From contig OX597821.1 in the NCBI GenBank assembly GCA_951406725.2, positions 23,994,001 to 24,058,000 of the forward strand: a stretch of DNA of 64,000 nt. The letters run 5' to 3'. The notes under the pieces were generated by a model. That model saw only the letters and a program-made list of their open reading frames with translations. It was not told the DNA's origin and ran no database searches. The stretch is from Octopus vulgaris (Eukaryota). The position numbers were made by a program, and so were the translations under genes. Numbering within the stretch: position 1 is the first letter of the stretch; each line of letters begins with the position of its first letter. Of this stretch, positions 53,930 through 64,000 are shown piece after piece.

Positions 53930-54295
53930 GGAGACAATGGAGTTGCGCATAAGGTAGTCTAGTCCGGCTTTTACATTTCATGTCCTGATACATTTCCTGC
54001 TGTGGCTGTGTAGTCCTCTCCTGGACAAACACTCCCTCTGGCAGGTACTGCAAATGTAGCGAAGACTGTTCCTGGCTGGTTATAATGCCATAGTTTCTTG
54101 TTGACGTCTTTTCTTGTCTTTCCATTTCTCCTCACTCTCTCTGTCACTCCTTTGTATTCCCTCTTTTACGGTACGTCGCCAGTCTCCACGGTTGCCGGCA
54201 ACTGCCTTCCAACCGCTAATATTGATGTTGCAGGCCTTCATGTCCCTTTTGCAAACATCCTTGTAACGTAAGAGCGGTCTACCCACAGACCGTAA
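53930..54295 (-). mobile_element. RTE (BovB-like) LINE C-terminus
   Basis: RSVGRPLLRYKDVCKRDMKACNI..W...A.NR..WR..VKEG plus C2H2-like FICSTCQRECLSRRGLHSH. Confidence 0.85.
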
Positions 54296-54375
54296 TTGAA
54301 ATAGCATGCAAACATGTACCTAACACTAACACATACACGGACTCGACATATAGCAACAGCCACCACACACACAAA

Positions 54376-54443
<68 letters not shown>

Positions 54444-54511
54444 TACGCACACTCACACACACATACAAACACACACACTCACACAAACATACACACATAT
54501 ACGCACGTACG

Positions 54512-54543
<32 letters not shown>

Positions 54544-54677
54544 AACAAATATACGCACATACTTATTCTTTAACAATCTCACTGGCTAATCGCGACACAA
54601 GCGCCTGTTCTGAAATTGTTATTCTTTTTATCGTTTAGCGAGGAGATGAGTCGCTGCTATTTCTTGCGGCCGAGCGT

Positions 54678-54725
54678 CCATCACTGATAAGAACCAAAGA
54701 AGGTCGAAATCATGTGATCTGATGG
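54678..54725 (+). ncRNA. Type I hammerhead (G8-to-A variant) in an enclosing stem
   Basis: CCATCA-CTGATAA-GAACC AAAGAA GGTC-GAAA-TCA TG TGA-TC-TGATGG. Confidence 0.8.
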
Positions 54726-55146
54726 CCTGTGGCGGGATTTATCTCCCCGCTATCAATATATACAAGGGTGCCTTTTGCACCAAAAGCCAGTATTAGAGTT
54801 TCTCTCATGGTATCTACCACAGTATAATCTGTTCCAATTGAACATCCACGTTTAAATAGGGATAAACACGTGTAATTTTCGTTGTATATGGATGCACATA
54901 AAAACGCAATCCTTTTCGTTACTAATTCGCTTGAGGCGGCCCCTGTTTCTGGCAGACAAACTTCCTTTCATCAACATTTCGTGTTAATTCCTGTCTTAAA
55001 CACCATATTATAATTCTGAAATGCGAAAAGTTTGTCTGGTTTTGGCATTGGAACGGGTTAAAGGCCACTAGATCCCGTCGGATTGACTCCAAAATTTACA
55101 GAGACATGTAAAATGAGGTGAATATGAGAGTGGGCTAGGTTAGAAA

Positions 55147-55506
55147 TCCCTATCTTAAAAGGTGTCGTTGCTAGGGCGAAAAACGCACACTTTGACAAGT
55201 CTACTCTCATTCTTTTATCTGCCTATCTTCCTCCATCTCTCTCTCTCTCCCTCTCTCTCTCTTTCCTCCCTTCCTTTCGTTTTCTCTCTATAACGTCGTT
55301 TGATAGCGTCTACTATCTTTCTTCCACCGCCTTCAATATTTTTACACTTTTTAAACACTTCGTCGTTATTCTCATTCACTCATTAATACTTTCTCTCTCC
55401 CCCTCTCTCTATATATATATAGAGAGAAAGATTTTCATGATTGTGTGGTGGTGGTTGTGGTGGTGCTGGTGGCGATGATAATTCTCTCTATGAATGCAGA
55501 CAGACT

Positions 55507-55540
<34 letters not shown>

Positions 55541-55916
55541 CAGCGCTGGCGAAGGTGGCGGAGGAAAGATAGTAGACGCTATCGAACGACGTTATAGAGA
55601 GAAAGTGAAAGGAAAGGAGAAAGTAATAATGAGTGAATGAGAATAACGACGAAGGGTTTAAAAAGCGTAAAAATATTTTCTTTCTCAACTTACTCAAGGT
55701 CTTTTGTTGTTTATAAAAAAGGGAGAGATAGATAGATAGAGAGTAAGAGAAAGCGAGGGAAAGTCCGAGAGGAATGAATAGTAAGAGAGTGGGAAAGTGA
55801 GAGAGAAAGGAGAGAGAAACAAAGAGGGGCAATGTGGCGATAAGAAACAGAAAGGAAGCAACAGAAAGTAACAACCACACCCTTACCCGCGCGTAGAGCG
55901 GGTCACCTTAAGCTAG
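55147..55916 (+). mobile_element. Non-autonomous Helitron with internal inverted blocks
   Basis: A|TC start (tentative); ACCCGC-GCGTAGA-GCGGGT hairpin then CTAG|T. Confidence 0.7.
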
Positions 55917-56179
55917 TCTTAATTATAATACAGTTATTTCACTAAATTCTTCATTATTTTCAAAATTAATTGGAAACAAATACAGTGTATTTCAACAAAA
56001 ATATAATGACGAAAGGGTTGACGAAAGAGTTTAATTCCATCCCATGAAGCTGAGTGTCTTTAGTGGAATCCACTTTGTTGCAAGCATTCGGACTAGTTTT
56101 CAGGGGTAAAAAGACGCTTCCTCGCTCTCTCTCCTATGAGTTTAACAGGGTCTGTAACAAGAAATAAAATAAAATGTGT

Positions 56180-56242
<63 letters not shown>

Positions 56243-56661
56243 TACACACACATATACTCACACGTATAGATATATCCACACATAGATCTACACACCACCA
56301 CATACAACTACACGGCCAACATACAAATGCTACGCACCAACACACACTATCGCACACAACTTCGTACGAAACGTACACATACATGTACACATACCAAAAC
56401 CACACTAACATATATCCAGAGCGCACCATGACACACACAATTACATGCCAAACATACGCATAAACATAGCGTATACACAAACCAATACTGCCGAAATAGT
56501 GCGCACACTCACACGCCCTGCATCAGCCAACAACTGGTGAAGGCTCCTTTCCGTCTTAACTCGTGGTGTTTTCCATTTTTTCCTCGTTGTTTACGTATTT
56601 CATGTTATTTGCACTGTTGGTAACATCCTGTACCCATATACGATGAGTGTTTGTGTGTGTG

Positions 56662-56693
<32 letters not shown>

Positions 56694-56754
56694 CATATGC
56701 TTTCGGTGCGTATGGTTTTTATACGGCGCCGTTTTTACAATCCTGTAGATAATA

Positions 56755-56941
56755 ATAATGGTATTTTCATATAAGCTTAAAGCTTATGGCAATCACCGTG
56801 CAATGACTGAGGAAAATAGTCTAATAAAGGGGCATATAAAGCCCTTGACAGAAAGCATTCTTTTTTACTGTCGAGGGCTTATATGCCCCTTTATTAGACT
56901 AATTTCCTAAGCTTTAAGCTTGTATAAAAAAAAACCATTAT
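56755..56941. repeat. Fold-back inverted repeat
   Basis: TAGTCTAATAAAGGGGCATATAAAGCCCTTGACAG versus CTGTCGAGGGCTTATATGCCCCTTTATTAGACTA, plus outer arm AAGCTTAAAGCTTA. Confidence 0.9.
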
Positions 56942-57049
56942 ATATATATATATATATATATATATAATGGTTTTTTGTGAAGTGAAATATTGTCGTATTT
57001 CCGGTCCGAGCGTTGCAATGCAGTGGTAGAGGAAGCACAATTATGACAC

Positions 57050-58130
57050 TACCACATTTATTCACTATGAACACCTCTGTTTCGAATCAAAGCCTTAACT
57101 ATAGGTACGAATGCTTCACACGCAGCAAGAAGCTGTTCTTGCGGAATCGAAGCCCATTCTTGTCGCAGTTTTGCCTTCAGAGCGTCGAGCGAAACATGAG
57201 AAGTGCTCGAGACCCTCGTATCCAAAATGGATTAAACAGAAAATCCAGCGGGTTGAAATCGGGGCTTCTTGAGGGCCATACATCCTTGCCTATGAACGAC
57301 GGAAAGTTTTTCTGAATCCAGTGTTGTGTTTGTTTGGACCTGTTGCATTGTGCCGAGACCAGAATGTCGCTAATGTAATGTCCTAATGTAATGTCGCTAA
57401 TATAATGGTAGTAATTTTAACACACCAGAGTACCAGTTGGCTGTCACAGCCGCCCAAACCATAATTGACTGCGGAGATTGACGTCGATTTACGAGTCTAA
57501 CCTCGACGGAGTCAGATACACTCCAAAGTCGGTCATTTTGGTTGTTTATTGTCTGTTCGATGTCAAATTTCTTTTCATCAGTGAACATCAAGTTGGGCAG
57601 CGTGCATTCAGCAATTTGACGCAGGATAAGACGACTTCTCTCCGGTTTCATGGCTTTATAAACTTGCGTAATCTCATGACGACGAATCATCTTGTAGGGG
57701 CGGGTCCTGAGATCCTCCTTCAGCACTCGATACGTCGATATTCGGCTTATTTTTGCTGTGGCAGCCAGTTTTCTGACGGAACAACAAGGATTTCGCCGTA
57801 TCTTTCCTCTGGTATTTTTGATAAGTTGAGGGGTCCGCACACTTCTTTTTCGGCTAGTTTCAGGTAGATCAGCGCTGGAACCAATCCCTTGAAATTTTTT
57901 GACAATTTTCCAGACTTTTTCGTTTAATTTTAAGTCTTTTCTCTATAGCTGTATTACTTTCGCCACCTTTGTGGTCTATAGCCATTATCTAATTTATAAA
58001 TCTGAATTTAGTCTGAAATGAAAAGAAGACACTAAGCTTTTATAAAGATGTATAATTTTCATATCTTGTTAATTTATTAATACTTATTAAAGCTCGAAAC
58101 TTCAGTCGCCTTAATTTCAGGACACCCTCT
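57050..58130 (-). mobile_element. maT/Tc1-like transposon relic
   Basis: LMFTDEKKF..NNQNDRLW..SIMVWAAVT and WPSRSPDFNPLDF. Terminus TA|GAGGGTGTCCTGAAATT. Confidence 0.85.
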
Positions 58131-58174
58131 AATATATATATATACTTTCATTAAAACTGAAAAACATCTTTACA

Positions 58175-58280
58175 AACTGTTACTCAGAATTTCGCGTTAC
58201 CGCTCGTCGGACAGTTATGATCATCCAGTGAGTATACTCACAACTGACCGACGAAAGGTAACGTGAAACTGAGTAACAGT
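58175..58280. ncRNA. Divergent pair of minimal hammerhead-like motifs (CCGACGA core)
   Basis: Minus 58175-58216: AACTGT-CCGACGA-GCG GTAA CGC-GAAA-TTCTGAG-TA-ACAGTT. Plus 58243-58280 is a related copy. Confidence 0.6.
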
Positions 58281-58999
58281 GAAGATTTTTGCAGCTTTAA
58301 TAAAAGCATATTATTCTGCTTTCTGTATTCGATTACTATTTTTTCCGCCTTGTTTTGCATACGTGTGTGGGTGTATGTGTATAATATTAAAGACACGACT
58401 ATGTTCGAGTTTGGTCTTCTTATTAAATGTTCTTTCATATTTTTTAATAATTAGTTTTGTCCTTTATTTTTCAGAATAAAATATTAGCGATCTTAAATCA
58501 ATATCGGTCTCTTTTTGCCAAACTGCTAAGTTATGGGGGACGTAAAAACTCCAACACGGTTGTCAAGCGGTGGTGGACAACAAATACAACACAGACACAA
58601 AGACACGCGAGCGCGCATAAGCTTACAAGGCTTTGGTGAGTCTGGGGCTTTAACAAAGTGCCGAGCAGAGGGACTGCACCCATGACCTCACAGTTGGGAA
58701 GCAAGCTTCTTAACCACATAGCCACATTGATATCTCAGGATATCTCAGCTCCATTCTCAGAATGAAATAATTGTAGGATAACGTATGTTTGCACGCTTTG
58801 CGTTGTGTTGCCAAGGATCATGAGAGTATTGGTGATTTTTTACCTCTTTTTTTTTTTTGGTTTTTTCAGTGTTGGGTTTAATAATTATTCAACAACTAAT
58901 TCCGTTAGATGTCAGAGTTAATTTCATATGCGTTGTTATAATATGTTGATTTTTGCCTTCCGCTTTTTCGATTAGCAAAGCCTCCATAGTCTCATATAG

Positions 59000-59079
<80 letters not shown>

Positions 59080-59519
59080 AATTCTATTGGCAATTGCAAT
59101 TTTCTATCGATTTTTGTTCCATATACTGCATTGTACTGCATTATGATAGTTCGTTGTGCATGCATAGTGAAACAGCGGGACAGAGTTTTATATTCGTATG
59201 ATCAATGTGACTATGTGGTTAAGAAGCTTGCTTCCCAACTGTGAGGTCATGGGTGCAGTACCTCTGCTCGGCACTTTGTTAAAGCCCCAGACCGATATGA
59301 TAAGTATCAGACTTACAAATAAGTACTGGGGTTAATTTGTTCGACTAAACCCTTTAAGGGTTAAGAAATTTACTTTGCAACCCCTCGGTTTTGGTTTCAG
59401 TCCCACTGCGCAGTATCTTGGGCAAGTGTCTTCTATTACTGCCCTGGATTGAAAAATGTCTTATGAGTGAATTTGGTAGGCGGAAACTGTGTGCAAGCCC
59501 ATCGTATGCACACACGTAC

Positions 59520-59551
<32 letters not shown>

Positions 59552-59760
59552 ATAGTTGTGTATGTGTTTATAGCTTCCTAAACTAGCGGTTCGGCAAACC
59601 AATAAGCACAAGTGCAAGTCTTAAAAAAAAGAACAAAACAAAATTATTACAGGAGCGATTTGTTCGACTAAACACTTCTAGGCAGCGCCCCTGCATGGTC
59701 ACACTCCGTATAACTGAAACAAGTAAACAGATGGAAAAAAAAGATAAAGATGTGTGTGTG

Positions 59761-59817
<57 letters not shown>

Positions 59818-60665
59818 ATTCGTTTAGCTTAAAGGTACAGAGCGCTCAGCCGGAATTTGATAAGTACAGAGTTCGAGTCTCTGTAACGGCTAGCTAGCCA
59901 CTTTCTCTGTCTTCTAAGGGTATGTGGCGAACTCTAGTGAACTTCCTCTCTCTATTATATATACATACATACGAACGTAGCAGGTAACAGCTAACCATTG
60001 GACGCTGTTTTGAACCCTGATGTGTCTGTCACTCTGATTGGTTGGTATTGGCGCAATTTGTCTCTTACTATATCGCGCGTCAATATGCAGCCCAACCAAT
60101 TGCAGCCTCCTAATAAATTACGTGAGACAGTCTGTTCCAAACTCCAATTTACGCCTACCGTTAGGTATAAAGAAACTCACCTACTCCTAGTCTCGACGTC
60201 TGTTGGTTCCAGACCTTCTCAGGTCTAACCACTGACCACATTACAGTGACCTTTATCTTCGTCGTCACCATCATGTCTCTCACCAACGTCGTCAACAACA
60301 TCTCTACACAGTACCAACGCACTGCACAGGTTTTAACATATCGCTGTTCGTGAGCCTCCTCACCAGGGTTAACAGCTAACATACAACCCACGCAGGCGCA
60401 TGTAGATATCTGAATAAATGTCCATCAACCACTTCCATTTATCCCCAGCTTGTGTGTATATATGTGAGGCCCACATTAAAGACATTTAAAGTTACCACCT
60501 TGTTCCATGTATTTCTTTATACCATGTTCCTGTCAAATTATATTACTGCCTTCTGAGTAGAGTCACATTAGAGAGGAATACATCCTCACCAGTTATAGGT
60601 GTTTACCCGATCATCGGTGCTGTTTTTACACATATTCTGCGCTTGAGATTTCCTCTACTTTTTGT

Positions 60666-60699
<34 letters not shown>

Positions 60700-60700
<1 letters not shown>

Positions 60701-60976
60701 CACGTGACCGACCAGACCATCAGATGTTGTTACACATCGCTGTTTTAGCCTTCGAATGACGCCACCCCGCTGGCTAAGCGAGCAGGCCAACAGAAGAAAG
60801 AGTGAGAGAAAGTGTGGTGAAAGAGTACAGCAGGGATCACCACCCCCTGCCAGAGCCTCGTGGAGCTTTTTAGGTGTTTTCGCTCAATAAACACTCACAA
60901 CGCCCGGTCTAGGAATCGAAACCGTGATCCTACGACCGCGAGTCCGCTGCCCTAACCACTGGGCCATTGCGCCTCC
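60700..60976 (-). mobile_element. SINE family B
   Basis: Family match. Confidence 0.92.
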
Positions 60977-61004
60977 ACACACACACACACACATATATAT
61001 ATAT

Positions 61005-62613
61005 AAATAAGGTATTTGAGAACAGTTATATACTTACACAAAAATGACTCTAAGAAACAGACAATAATGCCTTTTTACTGAAAATATTTTTGAGGATAAG
61101 AATAAACATACTATTTTGTCATTTTATTCAATAAAGACTCCTTCAGCTTCAATAACGGCTTTATAGATTAATAGATTGTACTTCATCTAATGTGATTCTA
61201 CTCAGAGGGCTGTAATATCATTTGACAGGAAACAGGGTATAAAGAATACATAAAACATGGCTGTGACTTTATATACCTTTAATGTGGCCACACGTATGCA
61301 CACGAACTGATTGATAAAAATGAAAGTGGTTTGATGCGTGGAGGCCATGGTCTTCTGTGCGTTAGCTATCTGCTACTGGCGTGTGGTGTGAGAGAGGACC
61401 GGTTAGGTTACGTCTTCACAGTTTCGTGTCCTGATGCAGAAAGAGGTAGTCGTAAGGGCTCGTGCCAGAATCTCACACTCTAACGCCATCTAGTGCCAGT
61501 TTGTTTAGTCCCGCTGTCAAGGTGGGTAACTGCGCCTACAGCTTCTATGCGAGGTCTGAATCGCCTATATGCTAGGATCAAGTGGTTTGTGTTCATATTG
61601 GACATTACTCTGACTATGGAGACTTTTAGGGATTCTTTGGTGTTATGAGGGTGCTCATTAACCAAGCATAGTAGTCGAATGGATTGAGATCAAGGGAGCT
61701 AGGAGGGCAAATGTTGTGGGTTATGTGGTCATGAACATTTTCCGCCATCCATTCCTGCGTTACTGTAGCCTTGTGTGATGGTACCGAGTCTTGTTGAAAC
61801 ACATAAGGTCTTCCGTTGTGTATATTATCGATCCATATCTTAACCACTGTATTCAGAACATCTATGTATGCAGCAGAGTTTACTCAAAGACTTTGTGGAA
61901 AGAAGTGAGGAGGCATCACGTCTTTCATTGCTGACAACTCCCAAAACAATGACAGTTTCAGGAAATTTTGTATGCATTACTCATTGAACTTCCGAAGGGT
62001 CTGTACATAGCCATCTATCATTTCTTCTGTTTACATTCTGATTTTCATCAAAGTTTTTTCTCGTAGAGAAGAACCAAATGACATCTTTCTCTTCTGGGTT
62101 TTTAAGTTTGTTCTGGAGTCTTCTAGATCTGATTAAGCGATATTTCTACACTTTTCTGACATGAAATTACCTTTCCTTATCACATAAGATTTATATTTGA
62201 TGTCTTTGTGGACAACATTCCGGATTGTTCTTTTTGACACATGGTGTTCTTTAGCAATCAGCCTCATGGATCTTCTGGGGTTGTCATGAAGGGTCTGCTT
62301 TACTCGTTGAATAAATTCTGGTGTTCTAATAGTCTCAGTGCGTCCACAATGTTTGACACTGGCGATACATTTCCGTTTTTAGCCTCTAACTCTTTGCAAA
62401 TTTTGTAGACGAAGGACCAGGCGGCTTCTAAAAATCGTGCTGTTTCTAAATTGCTATGTTCAGCCTTTAGAGCCACGATGACAACGTGCTTCTTAATTTC
62501 TTGTGTAATCATAGGGTCTGCCATTGATAATTCTGAAATATAGAAAATATTAAGTTGATAAATATGCTGCTATAGTAAAATTAATATATGTTCTCAAATA
62601 CCTTACGCACCCT
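61005..62613 (-). mobile_element. maT-type Tc1/mariner relic with internal insertion at about 61170-61535
   Basis: TIR core TAAGGTATTTGAGAACA at both ends. WFFSTRKNF (decayed FSDEK), YVFQQDSVPSH, PPSSLDLNPFDY. Confidence 0.88.
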
Positions 62614-62663
62614 GTATATATACATATATATATACATATATATACATATACACACACACACAC

Positions 62664-62762
<99 letters not shown>

Positions 62763-62941
62763 AGATAAGAAAATGGAGAAATACACCTAAATCAAATATC
62801 AATTACCATATAATACTCAATCACATACTTTATTAAACCACCACATAAGAGACTGTAGGGTTAGATATAAAAAGCAGAACAACAGTATATTGGATATATG
62901 TTATCCCATGGAGGGCTGCATTTACAACCCCTATCTCAATT

Positions 62942-63000
<59 letters not shown>

Positions 63001-63391
63001 AAATATGTGGAATTCCATTAAATAAGTCTAAAAAAACATATAATAGATGCACCAACAAACGGAAAACAAGCAGAAAAGGTCACTAAATCTTCATCAGTTA
63101 TCAGCCAGAGGGTCAAACGCATTATCGTTGAAAGCGCGAAATTGCGGACTCGGGTCCGTATGTATCATGTCAGGCTGGAGATGAGAACGATGATTTCCCT
63201 TTGCAAATACTGATAGGCACAGTGTGTTAATAGCCAACTGGAGGAGATGTCTTCCTTGGGCTATAAGGTACAGTAGCAACGTTCCTAATGGGTCAGCCAC
63301 TTTTAGGTGGCAAATATACATCATAACATATATATATATAATTCTGTCAGAATGGAGTAAGTTGAACAAGAACACACACGAAAACGAAAAG

Positions 63392-63436
63392 TGTCACTGA
63401 AGAAGTCACAGATGTGTGACGAAAGATTTCTGGACA
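63392..63436 (+). ncRNA. Type I hammerhead ribozyme (PLE tail)
   Basis: TGTCA-CTGAAGA-A-GTCACA GATG TGTGAC-GAAA-GATT-TC-TGGACA. Confidence 0.72.
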
Positions 63437-63611
63437 ATGGACATGAGTTAAAATAATAAAATAAGAACAGTAATAAACGAGTGAAGAAAAAATATATAGT
63501 GCGTGTGTTTATTTGGCAAAAAAGAAAAAAATGACCGACGCGAAATACAACAACATACATACATACATACATACATACATACATACATACATACATACAT
63601 ACATACATACA

Positions 63612-63645
<34 letters not shown>

Positions 63646-63661
63646 ATGACCGTCCCGAAAT

Positions 63662-63712
<51 letters not shown>

Positions 63713-63897
63713 AAAGTAAATAAATGGTACAACGAAGCACCGATATCTACTGGAAAATAGCGAACGTAATAAATACGACGCTAATGTATAGCTTCACTGT
63801 GTATGTACTAGTAAAGATGCGTGTGTGCAACAAACATGAAAAATTGTCTTACCTCTAGGAAAAACATCTGAAAAATGAAAAACCTAGATAATGGATA

Positions 63898-63970
63898 ATG
63901 TAGTACCGGTTTCGGATTTTTCAAGATACGCTTGCCAAACGTATACTTGATTTATCCTCATCAGCTGCAT
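63898..63970 (-). ncRNA. Type I hammerhead ribozyme, intact core, long stem II
   Basis: ATGCAG-CTGATGA-GGAT..TCAAG.ATACG..CGTAT.CTTGA..ATCC-GAAA-CCGG-TA-CTACAT. Palindromic stem III ACCGGT. Confidence 0.85.
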
Positions 63971-64000
63971 AAACCCCGACAATATTTCAAAAGTTACTAG

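Noticed and set aside
59882-60420. LTR plus gag start
   Set aside because: Only the TGTAACGG start motif supports it; no clear 3' end, TSD or gag motif.

Overview
This is repeat-dominated, AT-rich eukaryotic DNA with no convincing intact host gene. The tRNA-derived SINE families and very large (TA)n/(CA)n/(TACA)n tracts suggest an octopus (cephalopod) intergenic or intronic region, which is an inference. It holds many SINEs of four families, decayed LINEs (RTE, Tx1/L1-like, CR1-like), Tc1/mariner relics (mariner, maT), a Chapaev3-like end, a PIF1-helicase Helitron plus non-autonomous Helitrons, solo-LTR candidates and Penelope-like (PLE) tails. The most notable signal is not in the ORF track: about a dozen type I hammerhead ribozyme (HHR) motifs read by eye on both strands. 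Two of them (23902-23949 and 54678-54725) share an architecture, show compensatory stem changes and sit at the apex of long enclosing stems, one a rod of about 200 nt. They look like a non-coding retrozyme-like or viroid-like element family. There is also a candidate HDV-like ribozyme at the 5' end of an RTE-type element and many fold-back inverted duplications, several centred on ribozyme or PLE sequence. All folds were derived by hand, with no database search or folding program.
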